Position numbers and translations under genes: made by a program. This document shows positions 11,923 to 23,609 of a DNA stretch of 64,000 nt, piece after piece; the first letter of the stretch is position 1; each line of letters begins with the position of its first letter. Under the pieces are notes generated by a model that worked only from the letters and a program-made list of their open reading frames with translations, ran no database searches and was not told the origin of the DNA. The DNA comes from Escherichia coli. GTDB lineage: Bacteria > Pseudomonadota > Gammaproteobacteria > Enterobacterales > Enterobacteriaceae. Where the stretch lies: assembly GCF_050920415.1 (NCBI RefSeq), contig NZ_CP169309.1, one strand, 5' to 3'.

Positions 11923-13311
11923 ATGGAAAACAAGTCTGCTCGTGCAAAGGTCCAGGCTTTTGGGGGCTTTTTGACGGCAATGGTCATCCCCAATATTGGT
12001 GCTTTTATTGCCTGGGGTTTTATTACTGCATTATTTATTCCTACTGGTTGGCTGCCTAACGAACATTTCGCCAAAATTGTCGGCCCGATGATTACCTATT
12101 TATTGCCCGTAATGATTGGTTCTACCGGTGGCCATTTAGTCGGCGGTAAACGCGGCGCAGTCATGGGCGGAATAGGGACAATTGGTGTAATCGTCGGCGC
12201 AGAGATTCCGATGTTCCTTGGCTCAATGATCATGGGACCGTTAGGTGGGCTGGTCATAAAATATGTCGATAAGGCACTGGAAAAACGCATACCTGCTGGT
12301 TTTGAGATGGTTATCAATAACTTCTCATTAGGTATCGCTGGGATGCTCCTTTGTCTGCTGGGTTTTGAAGTTATCGGCCCGGCGGTGTTAATTGCCAATA
12401 CTTTCGTCAAAGAGTGTATTGAGGCGCTGGTACATGCGGGCTATCTGCCTTTGCTGTCAGTCATCAATGAACCGGCGAAAGTGCTTTTCCTCAATAACGC
12501 GATAGATCAGGGCGTCTATTACCCGTTGGGGATGCAACAGGCTTCAGTTAACGGTAAATCCATCTTCTTTATGGTGGCGTCCAACCCTGGGCCTGGCTTA
12601 GGACTGCTGCTGGCGTTTACTTTGTTTGGTAAAGGGATGAGTAAACGTTCTGCGCCCGGGGCGATGATTATTCACTTCCTCGGTAGGATCCACGAACTGT
12701 ATTTCCCGTATGTGCTGATGAAGCCGCTGACCATTATTGCCATGATTGCCGGCGGTATGTCTGGCACCTGGATGTTTAACTTACTGGACGGTGGTCTGGT
12801 GGCTGGTCCAAGTCCGGGGTCTATCTTTGCTTACCTTGCACTGACGCCGAAAGGCTCGTTCCTGGCGACAATTGCCGGTGTTACGGTAGGTACCCTGGTG
12901 TCCTTTGCTATCACTTCCGTAATACTGAAGATGGAAAAAACGGTGGAAACGGAGAGCGAAGATGAGTTTGCGCAGTCCGCCAATGCGGTTAAGGCGATGA
13001 AACAAGAAGGTGCATTCTCGTTAAGCCGTGTTAAGCGTATTGCCTTTGTTTGCGATGCGGGAATGGGCTCCAGCGCGATGGGCGCAACCACCTTCCGTAA
13101 GCGCCTGGAAAAAGCGGGGCTGGCAATAGAAGTAAAACATTACGCGATAGAAAACGTGCCTGCGGATGTGGATATCGTCGTTACTCACGCTAGTCTGGAA
13201 GGGCGCGTGAAACGTGTGACGGATAAACCGCTGATATTGATTAATAACTATATTGGCGATCCCAAACTCGACACTTTATTTAATCAATTAACCGCTGAAC
13301 ATAAAAACTGA
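11923..13311 (+). CDS. cmtA: PTS mannitol-type EIICB component (cryptic) (462 aa)
   Basis: ORF track; multi-TM EIIC followed by EIIB domain. Confidence 0.9.
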   Translation: MENKSARAKVQAFGGFLTAMVIPNIGAFIAWGFITALFIPTGWLPNEHFAKIVGPMITYLLPVMIGSTGGHLVGGKRGAVMGGIGTIGVIVGAEIPMFLGSMIMGPLGGLVIKYVDKALEKRIPAGFEMVINNFSLGIAGMLLCLLGFEVIGPAVLIANTFVKECIEALVHAGYLPLLSVINEPAKVLFLNNAIDQGVYYPLGMQQASVNGKSIFFMVASNPGPGLGLLLAFTLFGKGMSKRSAPGAMIIHFLGRIHELYFPYVLMKPLTIIAMIAGGMSGTWMFNLLDGGLVAGPSPGSIFAYLALTPKGSFLATIAGVTVGTLVSFAITSVILKMEKTVETESEDEFAQSANAVKAMKQEGAFSLSRVKRIAFVCDAGMGSSAMGATTFRKRLEKAGLAIEVKHYAIENVPADVDIVVTHASLEGRVKRVTDKPLILINNYIGDPKLDTLFNQLTAEHKN

Positions 13312-13325
13312 TTGCCGAGGTAAAA

Positions 13326-14603
13326 ATGAAAACCAAAGTTGCTGCTATTTATGGCAAGCGGGATGTCCGTCTGCGCGAATTTGAACTGCCCGAAATTACC
13401 GATAATGAACTGCTGGTGAGTGTAATTTCTGACAGTGTGTGTTTATCGACCTGGAAAGCGGCGTTACTCGGTAGCGAACATAAACGGGTGCCCGACGATT
13501 TAGAAAATCATCCGGTCATTACCGGGCATGAATGTGCCGGGATTATTGTTGAAGTGGGGAAAAATCTTACCGACAAATATAAAAAAGGCCAACGTTTTGT
13601 ATTGCAACCGGCGATGGGGCTACCAAGCGGGTATTCTGCGGGATACAGCTACGAATATTTTGGCGGTAATGCTACCTATATGATTATTCCGGAGATCGCC
13701 ATTAACCTGGGCTGCGTATTACCGTATCACGGATCTTATTTTGCTGCGGCGTCTCTGGCAGAGCCGATGTGCTGCATTATTGGCGCTTATCATGCCAATT
13801 ATCACACCACGCAATATGTTTATGAGCATCGCATGGGCGTGAAACCTGGTGGCAATATTGCGCTGCTGGCGTGTGCGGGCCCGATGGGGATAGGCGCTAT
13901 CGATTACGCTATTCACGGCGGCATACAACCGTCGCGGGTAGTGGTGGTCGATATCGACGACAAACGCCTGGCACAGGTGCAGAAGCTGCTGCCGGTGGAG
14001 CTGGCGGCCAGCAAAGGCATTGAGCTGATATATGTGAATACCAAAGGAATGGCCGATCCGGTACAGAAGCTGCGGGCGCTGACAGGAGATGCTGGGTTCG
14101 ATGACATTTTTGTTTATGCGGCGGTGCCTGCTGTCGTTGAGATGGCTGACGAATTACTGGCGGAAGATGGCTGCCTGAACTTCTTTGCCGGGCCGACGGA
14201 TAAAAACTTCAAAGTGCCGTTTAATTTCTACAACGTCCATTACAATAGCACGCACGTCGTCGGTACATCGGGTGGTTCAACGGACGATATGAAAGAGGCG
14301 ATTGCCCTGAGCGCCACGGGGCAGTTGCAACCGTCGTTTATGGTGACGCATATCGGTGGCCTGGATGCAGTGCCAGAAACCGTTCTCAATTTACCGGATA
14401 TCCCCGGTGGTAAAAAACTCATTTACAACGGCGTTACCATGCCGCTCACCGCCATTGCCGATTTTGCCGAAAAAGGCAAAACAGATCCGCTGTTTAAAGA
14501 GCTTGCGCGGCTGGTTGAGGAAACGCACGGCATCTGGAATGAACAGGCCGAGAAATATCTGCTGGCGCAATTTGGCGTTGATATCGGGGAGGCCGCGCAA
14601 TGA
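13326..14603 (+). CDS. yggP: putative Zn-dependent alcohol/polyol dehydrogenase (425 aa)
   Basis: ORF track; MDR-family motifs. Confidence 0.8.
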   Translation: MKTKVAAIYGKRDVRLREFELPEITDNELLVSVISDSVCLSTWKAALLGSEHKRVPDDLENHPVITGHECAGIIVEVGKNLTDKYKKGQRFVLQPAMGLPSGYSAGYSYEYFGGNATYMIIPEIAINLGCVLPYHGSYFAAASLAEPMCCIIGAYHANYHTTQYVYEHRMGVKPGGNIALLACAGPMGIGAIDYAIHGGIQPSRVVVVDIDDKRLAQVQKLLPVELAASKGIELIYVNTKGMADPVQKLRALTGDAGFDDIFVYAAVPAVVEMADELLAEDGCLNFFAGPTDKNFKVPFNFYNVHYNSTHVVGTSGGSTDDMKEAIALSATGQLQPSFMVTHIGGLDAVPETVLNLPDIPGGKKLIYNGVTMPLTAIADFAEKGKTDPLFKELARLVEETHGIWNEQAEKYLLAQFGVDIGEAAQ

Positions 14604-15565
14604 TGTCCCTGGCGTGGCCATTATTTCGCGTTACGGAGCAGGCAGCGTTGGCTGCCTGGCCGCAAACCGGATGTGGCAACAAAAATAAAATTGATGGCCT
14701 GGCGGTCACCGCGATGCGCCAGGCATTAAACGATGTCGCTTTTCGTGGGCGAGTGGTTATCGGCGAGGGAGAAATTGACCATGCGCCGATGCTGTGGATT
14801 GGCGAAGAGGTGGGCAAAGGCGATGGGCCAGAAGTCGATATCGCGGTTGACCCGATTGAAGGCACGCGGATGGTGGCGATGGGGCAAAGCAATGCGCTGG
14901 CAGTCATGGCCTTCGCCCCACGAGGCAGCCTGTTACACGCGCCCGATATGTATATGAAAAAGCTGGTCGTTAATCGGCTTGCGGCGGGCGCGATTGATCT
15001 GGCGTTACCCCTGGCGGACAACTTGCGCAATGTGGCGAAAGCGTTAGGCAAACCGCTGGACCAGCTACGTATGGTTACGCTGGATAAACCGCGCCTGAGA
15101 GCCGCAATTGAGGAAGCGACACAACTGGGCGTGAAGGTTTTTGCCCTGCCGGATGGCGATGTCGCCGCCAGCGTGCTGACCTGCTGGCAGGATAATCCTT
15201 ACGATGTGATGTACACCATCGGCGGCGCGCCGGAAGGAGTTATTTCTGCCTGTGCTGTTAAAGCATTGAGCGGGGATATGCAGGCCGAGCTGATTGATTT
15301 TTGCCAGGCCAAAGGGGATTACACGGAAAATCGGCAGATTGCAGAACAGGAACGCCAGCGTTGCAAGGCAATGGGCGTTGACGTTAACCGTGTGTACTCG
15401 CTCGATGAGCTGGTGAAGGGGAACGATATCCTCTTTAGTGCTACGGGCGTGACGGGCGGCGAGTTGGTGAATGGTATCCAACAGACGGCGAATGGGGTGC
15501 GGACGCAGACATTACTGATCGGCGGCGCGGACCAAACGTGTAATATAATAGACTCCCTGCATTGA
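14600..15565 (+). CDS. yggF: fructose-1,6-bisphosphatase class II (GlpX family) (321 aa)
   Basis: ORF track; overlaps yggP stop by 4 nt. Confidence 0.85.
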   Translation: MMSLAWPLFRVTEQAALAAWPQTGCGNKNKIDGLAVTAMRQALNDVAFRGRVVIGEGEIDHAPMLWIGEEVGKGDGPEVDIAVDPIEGTRMVAMGQSNALAVMAFAPRGSLLHAPDMYMKKLVVNRLAAGAIDLALPLADNLRNVAKALGKPLDQLRMVTLDKPRLRAAIEEATQLGVKVFALPDGDVAASVLTCWQDNPYDVMYTIGGAPEGVISACAVKALSGDMQAELIDFCQAKGDYTENRQIAEQERQRCKAMGVDVNRVYSLDELVKGNDILFSATGVTGGELVNGIQQTANGVRTQTLLIGGADQTCNIIDSLH

Positions 15566-15586
15566 TGGTGATCTATCGGAAGACGA

Positions 15587-16096
15587 ATGGCGACGCTGAC
15601 AGAAGATGATGTGCTTGAGCAACTGGACGCACAGGACAATTTATTGTCATTTATGAAAACTGCGCATTCTATTTTGCTCCAGGGGATACGCCAGTTTCTG
15701 CCGTCGCTGTTTGTCGATAACGATGAAGAGATCGTCGAATATGCAGTGAAGCCGTTACTCGCCCAAAGCGGCCCGCTTAACGATATTGATGTTGCACTGC
15801 GTTTGATTTATGCGCTGGGGAAAATGGATAAATGGCTGTACGCCGATATCACGCATTTTTCCCAGTTCTGGCATTACCTGAACGAACAGGATGAAACGCC
15901 CGGATTTGCCGATGACATTACCTGGGATTTTATCAGCAACGTCAATAGCATAACCCGCAATGCGACGCTCTATGACGCGTTAAAAGCGATGAAGTTCGCT
16001 GATTTCGCCGTCTGGTCAGAGGTGCGTTTTAGTGGGATGGTCAAAACGGCGCTGACGCTGGCAGTAACGACCACCTTAAAGGAATTAACGCCGTGA
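15587..16096 (+). CDS. yggD: MtlR-like transcriptional regulator (169 aa)
   Basis: ORF track; position. Confidence 0.75.
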   Translation: MATLTEDDVLEQLDAQDNLLSFMKTAHSILLQGIRQFLPSLFVDNDEEIVEYAVKPLLAQSGPLNDIDVALRLIYALGKMDKWLYADITHFSQFWHYLNEQDETPGFADDITWDFISNVNSITRNATLYDALKAMKFADFAVWSEVRFSGMVKTALTLAVTTTLKELTP

Positions 16097-16806
16097 AAAT
16101 CGAACTGACGGTGAATGGATTGAAGGTACAGGCGCAGTACCCGAACGAAGAGATTGAAAATGTGCATAAACCGTTGCTGCGTATGCTGGCAGCCTTACAG
16201 ACGGTAAATCCGCAGCGGCGTACCGTGGTTTTTCTTTGCGCTCCGCCGGGGACGGGTAAATCTACCCTGGCCACTTTCTGGGAATATCTCGCGCAACAAG
16301 ACCCGGAACTACCCGCTATTCAGACGCTGCCGATGGATGGTTTTCACCATTACAATAGCTGGCTGGATGCGCATCAATTGCGCCCCTTTAAAGGCGCACC
16401 AGAGACATTCGATGTGGCAAAGCTGGCGGAAAATCTGCGCCAGGTAATGGAAGGGGATTGTACGTGGCCGCAGTACGATCGACAAAAGCATGATCCTGTT
16501 GAAGATGCGTTGCACGTTACCGCACCACTCGTCATCGTCGAAGGAAACTGGTTGTTGCTGGACGACGAGAAGTGGCGGGCGTTGGCATCTTTCTGCGATT
16601 TTTCTGTTTTTATTCATGCCCCCGTTCAAATTCTGCGGGAACGCTTGATTAGTCGTAAAATTGCGGGGGGATTATCGCGGGATGAAGCTGAAGCTTTTTA
16701 TGCCCGAACCGATGGTCCCAATGTCGAGCGTGTGCTGCTGAATAGTTGTCAGGCCAATCTGATATTAGAGATGACGGAAGAAGGCAGGTATCACTTCATA
16801 AGCTGA
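16093..16806 (+). CDS. yggC: P-loop NTPase / putative kinase (237 aa)
   Basis: ORF track; Walker A CAPPGTGKST. Confidence 0.8.
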   Translation: MKIELTVNGLKVQAQYPNEEIENVHKPLLRMLAALQTVNPQRRTVVFLCAPPGTGKSTLATFWEYLAQQDPELPAIQTLPMDGFHHYNSWLDAHQLRPFKGAPETFDVAKLAENLRQVMEGDCTWPQYDRQKHDPVEDALHVTAPLVIVEGNWLLLDDEKWRALASFCDFSVFIHAPVQILRERLISRKIAGGLSRDEAEAFYARTDGPNVERVLLNSCQANLILEMTEEGRYHFIS

Positions 16807-17090
16807 CAATTTATTCCAGTTATTGCGTGGTTATTATTACGCCAGTCTGGAATAAAGCCTCCTACAAGAAGGGAAGAAAATGTGACGTAAGTCAGATAAT
16901 TGTCTTCTTTGACTGGACAATCATTCCTTTTATTCCACGTTTCGCTTATCCTAGCTGAAGCGTTTCAGTCGATTAAATGTTCGACAATTAACCAATCAGT
17001 CGCAGTTTGCGACAGGTAAGGTTTCCCCGGACGATTTGCTGGATTACTCTGTTTGGCAAATTTGCTCAGGGAAAACCTTGCAGGAGATCT

Positions 17091-18110
17091 ATGACCGTAC
17101 GCGTAGCGATAAATGGCTTCGGTCGCATCGGGCGTAATGTGGTTCGTGCTTTGTATGAATCCGGACGCCGGGCGGAAATTACCGTGGTGGCAATCAACGA
17201 ACTGGCGGATGCTGCGGGCATGGCGCATTTGTTGAAATATGACACCAGTCATGGCCGTTTTGCATGGGAAGTACGACAGGAACGCGATCAACTTTTTGTT
17301 GGTGATGACGCCATCCGCGTATTGCACGAACGTTCACTGCAATCGCTCCCATGGCGTGAACTTGGCGTCGATGTGGTTCTTGACTGCACCGGCGTATATG
17401 GCTCCCGCGAGCATGGCGAAGCGCATATTGCCGCCGGGGCCAAAAAAGTGCTCTTTTCACATCCTGGTAGTAATGATCTCGACGCGACCGTGGTTTACGG
17501 CGTCAATCAGGATCAACTTCGTGCGGAACACCGCATCGTTTCTAACGCTTCCTGTACCACGAATTGCATAATTCCCGTCATCAAATTGTTAGATGATGCG
17601 TACGGTATTGAGTCCGGCACTGTGACCACAATTCACTCCGCCATGCACGATCAACAGGTTATTGATGCATATCATCCTGACCTGCGTCGCACCCGGGCAG
17701 CCAGCCAGTCGATCATTCCAGTCGATACTAAACTGGCCGCCGGTATCACACGATTTTTTCCGCAATTTAACGATCGCTTTGAAGCAATTGCGGTGCGTGT
17801 ACCAACCATAAATGTGACGGCAATCGATTTAAGCGTGACGGTGAAGAAACCTGTAAAAGCCAATGAAGTCAACCTGTTGCTGCAAAAAGCAGCACAAGGT
17901 GCATTTCATGGTATAGTTGACTATACGGAATTGCCGTTGGTCTCTGTAGATTTTAACCACGATCCGCACAGTGCCATTGTCGATGGCACCCAAACCCGGG
18001 TCAGTGGCGCACATCTGATCAAAACGTTGGTCTGGTGCGATAACGAATGGGGCTTTGCTAACCGAATGCTCGACACGACGTTAGCTATGGCTACTGTTGC
18101 TTTCAGGTAA
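17091..18110 (+). CDS. epd: erythrose-4-phosphate dehydrogenase (339 aa)
   Basis: ORF 17007-18110 trimmed to ATG giving [15 protein letters not shown]. Confidence 0.9.
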
Positions 18111-18159
18111 GACGCAAGCAGCGTCTGCAAAACTTTTAGAATCAACGAGAGGATTCACC

Positions 18160-19323
18160 ATGTCTGTAATTAAGATGACCGATCTGGATCTTGCTGGGAA
18201 ACGTGTATTTATCCGTGCGGATCTGAACGTACCAGTAAAAGACGGGAAAGTAACCAGCGACGCGCGTATCCGTGCTTCTCTGCCGACCATCGAACTGGCC
18301 CTGAAACAAGGCGCGAAAGTGATGGTAACTTCCCACCTGGGTCGTCCTACCGAAGGCGAGTACAACGAAGAATTCTCTCTGCTGCCGGTTGTTAACTACC
18401 TGAAAGACAAACTGTCTAACCCGGTTCGTCTGGTTAAAGATTACCTCGACGGCGTTGACGTTGCTGAAGGTGAACTGGTTGTTCTGGAAAACGTTCGCTT
18501 CAACAAAGGCGAGAAGAAAGACGACGAAACCCTGTCCAAAAAATACGCTGCACTGTGTGACGTGTTCGTAATGGACGCATTCGGTACTGCTCACCGCGCG
18601 CAGGCTTCTACTCACGGTATCGGTAAATTCGCTGATGTTGCGTGCGCAGGCCCGCTGCTGGCAGCTGAACTGGACGCGCTGGGTAAAGCACTGAAAGAAC
18701 CTGCTCGCCCGATGGTGGCTATCGTTGGTGGTTCTAAAGTATCTACCAAACTGACCGTTCTGGACTCCCTGTCAAAAATCGCTGACCAGCTGATCGTGGG
18801 TGGTGGTATCGCTAACACCTTTATCGCGGCACAAGGCCACGATGTGGGTAAATCCCTGTACGAAGCTGATCTGGTTGACGAAGCAAAACGTCTGCTGACC
18901 ACCTGCAACATTCCGGTTCCGTCTGACGTTCGCGTAGCAACTGAGTTCTCTGAAACTGCACCGGCTACCCTGAAATCTGTTAACGATGTGAAAGCTGACG
19001 AGCAGATCCTGGATATCGGCGATGCTTCTGCGCAGGAACTGGCTGAAATCCTGAAGAATGCGAAAACCATTCTGTGGAACGGCCCGGTTGGCGTGTTCGA
19101 ATTCCCGAACTTCCGCAAAGGTACTGAAATCGTGGCTAACGCTATCGCAGACAGCGAAGCGTTCTCCATCGCTGGCGGCGGCGACACTCTGGCAGCAATC
19201 GACCTGTTCGGCATTGCTGACAAAATCTCCTACATCTCCACTGGCGGCGGCGCATTCCTCGAATTCGTGGAAGGTAAAGTACTGCCTGCAGTAGCGATGC
19301 TCGAAGAGCGCGCTAAGAAGTAA
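18160..19323 (+). CDS. pgk: phosphoglycerate kinase (387 aa)
   Basis: ORF 18097-19323 trimmed to ATG giving [17 protein letters not shown]. Confidence 0.95.
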
Positions 19324-19331
19324 AAAATCAC

Positions 19332-19356
19332 AGGGCAGGGAAACCTGCCCTTGTTG
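19332..19356 (+). terminator. weak stem-loop after pgk (partial terminator within epd-pgk-fbaA unit)
   Basis: gggcagg-gaaa-cctgccc then ttgttg. Confidence 0.35.
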
Positions 19357-19386
19357 CAGCGCGCTTTTAGAGCACGCATTTTTTCA

Positions 19387-19513
19387 TACTCTAAATAATT
19401 CGAGTTGCAGGAAGGCGACAAGAGAGTGAATCCCCAGGAGCTTACATAAGTAAGTGACTGGGGTGAGCGAACGCAGACGCAGCACATGCAACTTGAAGTA
19501 TGACGAGTATAAG
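19387..19513 (+). repeat. ERIC/IRU repeat (~127 bp)
   Basis: Contains gtgaatccccaggagcttacataagtaagtgactggggtgagcg; inverted copy at ~31327-31453. Confidence 0.8.
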
Positions 19514-19537
19514 GCCCGACGATACAGGACAAGAGAC

Positions 19538-20617
19538 ATGTCTAAGATTTTTGATTTCGTAAAACCTGGCGTAATCACTGGTGATGACGTACAGAAAGTT
19601 TTCCAGGTAGCAAAAGAAAACAACTTCGCACTGCCAGCAGTAAACTGCGTCGGTACTGACTCCATCAACGCCGTACTGGAAACCGCTGCTAAAGTTAAAG
19701 CGCCGGTTATCGTTCAGTTCTCCAACGGTGGTGCTTCCTTTATCGCTGGTAAAGGCGTGAAATCTGACGTTCCGCAGGGCGCTGCTATCCTGGGTGCGAT
19801 CTCTGGTGCGCATCACGTTCATCAGATGGCTGAACATTATGGTGTTCCGGTTATCCTGCACACTGACCACTGCGCGAAGAAACTGCTGCCGTGGATCGAC
19901 GGTCTGCTGGACGCAGGTGAAAAACACTTCGCTGCTACCGGTAAGCCGCTGTTCTCTTCTCACATGATCGACCTGTCTGAAGAATCTCTGCAAGAGAACA
20001 TTGAAATCTGCTCTAAATACCTGGAGCGCATGTCCAAAATCGGCATGACTCTGGAAATCGAACTGGGTTGCACCGGTGGTGAAGAAGACGGCGTGGACAA
20101 CAGCCACATGGACGCTTCTGCACTGTACACCCAGCCGGAAGACGTTGATTACGCATACACCGAGCTGAGCAAAATCAGCCCGCGCTTCACCATCGCAGCG
20201 TCCTTCGGTAACGTACACGGCGTATACAAGCCGGGTAACGTTGTTCTGACTCCGACCATCCTGCGTGACTCTCAGGAATATGTTTCCAAGAAACACAACC
20301 TGCCGCACAACAGCCTGAACTTCGTATTCCACGGCGGTTCCGGTTCTACTGCTCAGGAAATCAAAGACTCCGTAAGCTACGGCGTAGTGAAAATGAACAT
20401 CGATACCGATACCCAATGGGCAACCTGGGAAGGTGTTCTGAACTACTACAAAGCGAACGAAGCTTATCTGCAGGGTCAGTTGGGCAACCCGAAAGGCGAA
20501 GATCAGCCGAACAAGAAATACTACGATCCGCGCGTATGGCTGCGTGCCGGTCAGACTTCGATGATCGCTCGTCTGGAAAAAGCATTCCAGGAACTGAACG
20601 CGATCGACGTTCTGTAA
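19538..20617 (+). CDS. fbaA: fructose-bisphosphate aldolase class II (359 aa)
   Basis: ORF 19454-20617 trimmed to ATG giving MSKIFDFVKPGVITGDD. Confidence 0.95.
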   Translation: MSKIFDFVKPGVITGDDVQKVFQVAKENNFALPAVNCVGTDSINAVLETAAKVKAPVIVQFSNGGASFIAGKGVKSDVPQGAAILGAISGAHHVHQMAEHYGVPVILHTDHCAKKLLPWIDGLLDAGEKHFAATGKPLFSSHMIDLSEESLQENIEICSKYLERMSKIGMTLEIELGCTGGEEDGVDNSHMDASALYTQPEDVDYAYTELSKISPRFTIAASFGNVHGVYKPGNVVLTPTILRDSQEYVSKKHNLPHNSLNFVFHGGSGSTAQEIKDSVSYGVVKMNIDTDTQWATWEGVLNYYKANEAYLQGQLGNPKGEDQPNKKYYDPRVWLRAGQTSMIARLEKAFQELNAIDVL

Positions 20618-20640
20618 GTCATTCCTTTCTGCTTATCTCA

Positions 20641-20667
20641 AGGCCCGCTCTGCGGGTCTTTTTTTCG
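20641..20667 (+). terminator. fbaA terminator (hairpin + T7), copy 1
   Basis: aggcccgctctgcgggtc followed by ttttttt. Confidence 0.6.
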
Positions 20668-20681
20668 CCAAAAGAAAAAAT

Positions 20682-20779
20682 GCCTGATGCGCTACGCTTA
20701 TCAGGCCTACACGTATCCTGCAATATATTGAATTTGCAGGTTTTTGTAGGCTGGATAAGGCGTTAAAGCCGCATCCAGT
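20682..20779. repeat. BIME: REP - L motif - inverted REP; contains an unoccupied IS621-type target ATCAGGC-CT-AC at ~20700-20710
   Basis: gcctgatgcgctacgcttatcaggcctac + cctgcaatatattgaatttgcagg + tgtaggctggataaggcg...; same arrangement as the site occupied by the IS at 8814-10094. Confidence 0.75.
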
Positions 20780-20807
20780 ATGACAAATCGCACATTGCTA
20801 TCTGTCT

Positions 20808-20832
20808 GAGGCCCGCTCTGCGGATCTTTTTT
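20808..20832 (+). terminator. near-identical second copy of fbaA terminator hairpin + T run
   Basis: aggcccgctctgcggatc + tttttt; ~48-bp direct repeat flanking the BIME. Confidence 0.5.
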
Positions 20833-20974
20833 CACCAAAAGCAAGGTGATGCAGATGAGAAATCTGTGATCTATTTGGCAAAATTATGCTTTATTGTTTA
20901 CCCTTGTCAGACTGCCCGTCATAAGGCGGCGGAGTGTATTTCTCCATTTTGAGTCAGTTGAAAAGGAATATTGA

Positions 20975-21835
<861 letters not shown>

Positions 21836-21973
21836 TCAACGCTGAGGCCAGATAATACTCTCTGGCCTCTCTCTTATTAGTTTTTCTGATTACCAATTAA
21901 TATTATCAATTTCCGCTAATAACAATCCCGCGATATAGTCTCTGCATCAGATACTTAATTCGGAATATCCAAC

Positions 21974-22609
21974 GTGTTTTCTTATTACTTTCAAGGTCTT
22001 GCTCTTGGGGCGGCTATGATCCTGCCGCTCGGTCCACAAAATGCTTTTGTGATGAATCAGGGCATTCGTCGTCAGTACCACATTATGATTGCCTTACTTT
22101 GTGCTATCAGCGATTTGGTCCTGATTTGCGCCGGGATTTTTGGTGGCAGCGCGTTATTGATGCAGTCGCCGTGGTTGCTGGCGCTGGTCACCTGGGGCGG
22201 CGTAGCCTTCTTGCTGTGGTATGGTTTTGGCGCTTTTAAAACCGCAATGAGCAGTAATATTGAGTTAGCCAGTGCCGAAGTCCTGAAGCAAGGAAGATGG
22301 AAAATTATCGCCACCATGCTGGCAGTGACCTGGCTGAATCCGCATGTTTACCTGGATACTTTTGTGGTGCTGGGTAGCCTTGGGGGGCAGCTTGATGTTG
22401 AACCAAAACGTTGGTTTGCGCTCGGGACAATTAGCGCCTCTTTCCTCTGGTTCTTTGGTCTGGCTCTTCTCGCAGCCTGGCTGGCACCGCGTCTGCGTAC
22501 GGCAAAAGCACAGCGCATTATCAATCTGGTAGTGGGATGTGTTATGTGGTTTATTGCCTTGCAGCTGGCGAGAGACGGTATTGCTCATGCACAAGCCTTG
22601 TTCAGTTAG
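21974..22609 (+). CDS. argO: arginine exporter, LysE family (211 aa)
   Basis: ORF track; GTG start. Confidence 0.9.
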   Translation: MFSYYFQGLALGAAMILPLGPQNAFVMNQGIRRQYHIMIALLCAISDLVLICAGIFGGSALLMQSPWLLALVTWGGVAFLLWYGFGAFKTAMSSNIELASAEVLKQGRWKIIATMLAVTWLNPHVYLDTFVVLGSLGGQLDVEPKRWFALGTISASFLWFFGLALLAAWLAPRLRTAKAQRIINLVVGCVMWFIALQLARDGIAHAQALFS

Positions 22610-22701
22610 GCGCTATCTGATGGAAAAATAAAACAGAGGCGCTAAGCTTGCCTCCAGAGGTCCTGAATTTTGGGCAAGTCAATTAACACGGAGAGACTAA
22701 C

Positions 22702-23442
22702 GTGAAGTTCAAAGTTATCGCCCTGGCGGCATTAATGGGTATTAGCGGGATGGCAGCGCAGGCTAACGAATTGCCGGATGGACCGCATATTGTCACCTCC
22801 GGTACGGCAAGCGTGGATGCGGTGCCAGACATTGCCACTCTTGCGATTGAAGTCAACGTGGCCGCGAAGGATGCCGCTACTGCCAAGAAACAGGCGGATG
22901 AGCGCGTCGCACAATACATTTCCTTCCTTGAACTCAATCAGATCGCGAAAAAAGATATCAGCTCAGCGAACTTACGCACCCAGCCAGATTATGATTATCA
23001 GGATGGTAAAAGTATCCTGAAAGGCTACCGCGCAGTGAGAACGGTGGAAGTCACGCTCCGTCAGTTAGACAAACTGAATTCCTTGCTGGATGGTGCGCTG
23101 AAGGCGGGTCTTAACGAAATTCGTTCTGTATCGCTGGGCGTGGCGCAGCCGGATGCCTATAAAGACAAAGCGCGTAAGGCAGCGATTGATAACGCGATTC
23201 ATCAGGCGCAGGAACTGGCGAACGGCTTTCATCGTAAACTAGGGCCGGTATATAGCGTGCGCTACCATGTTTCCAACTATCAGCCCAGCCCAATGGTGCG
23301 GATGATGAAAGCCGATGCCGCGCCGGTCTCAGCCCAGGAAACTTACGAGCAGGCTGCTATTCAGTTTGATGATCAGGTCGATGTGGTCTTCCAGTTAGAA
23401 CCTGTGGATCAACAACCCGCTAAAACACCTGCCGCACAATAA
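22702..23442 (+). CDS. yggE: periplasmic oxidative-stress protein, DUF541/SIMPL family (246 aa)
   Basis: ORF track; signal peptide. Confidence 0.85.
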   Translation: MKFKVIALAALMGISGMAAQANELPDGPHIVTSGTASVDAVPDIATLAIEVNVAAKDAATAKKQADERVAQYISFLELNQIAKKDISSANLRTQPDYDYQDGKSILKGYRAVRTVEVTLRQLDKLNSLLDGALKAGLNEIRSVSLGVAQPDAYKDKARKAAIDNAIHQAQELANGFHRKLGPVYSVRYHVSNYQPSPMVRMMKADAAPVSAQETYEQAAIQFDDQVDVVFQLEPVDQQPAKTPAAQ

Positions 23443-23609
23443 TACTTGTAGCCCGACGTATTGGTCGGGCTAATGCCTTTACCCGATATTGCCTCCTTTT
23501 TCTGTAATTTTCTGTAAAACCATGACGTAATCACCTATCTTTGCTCGCGGTTTCATCAAGGATAGGCTGACTGAAACGGTTAAGCGGACAAGGATGCGGG
23601 GGAGCGGGG

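Noticed and set aside
19442-20416. 324-aa minus-strand ORF
   Set aside because: Antisense to fbaA; spurious
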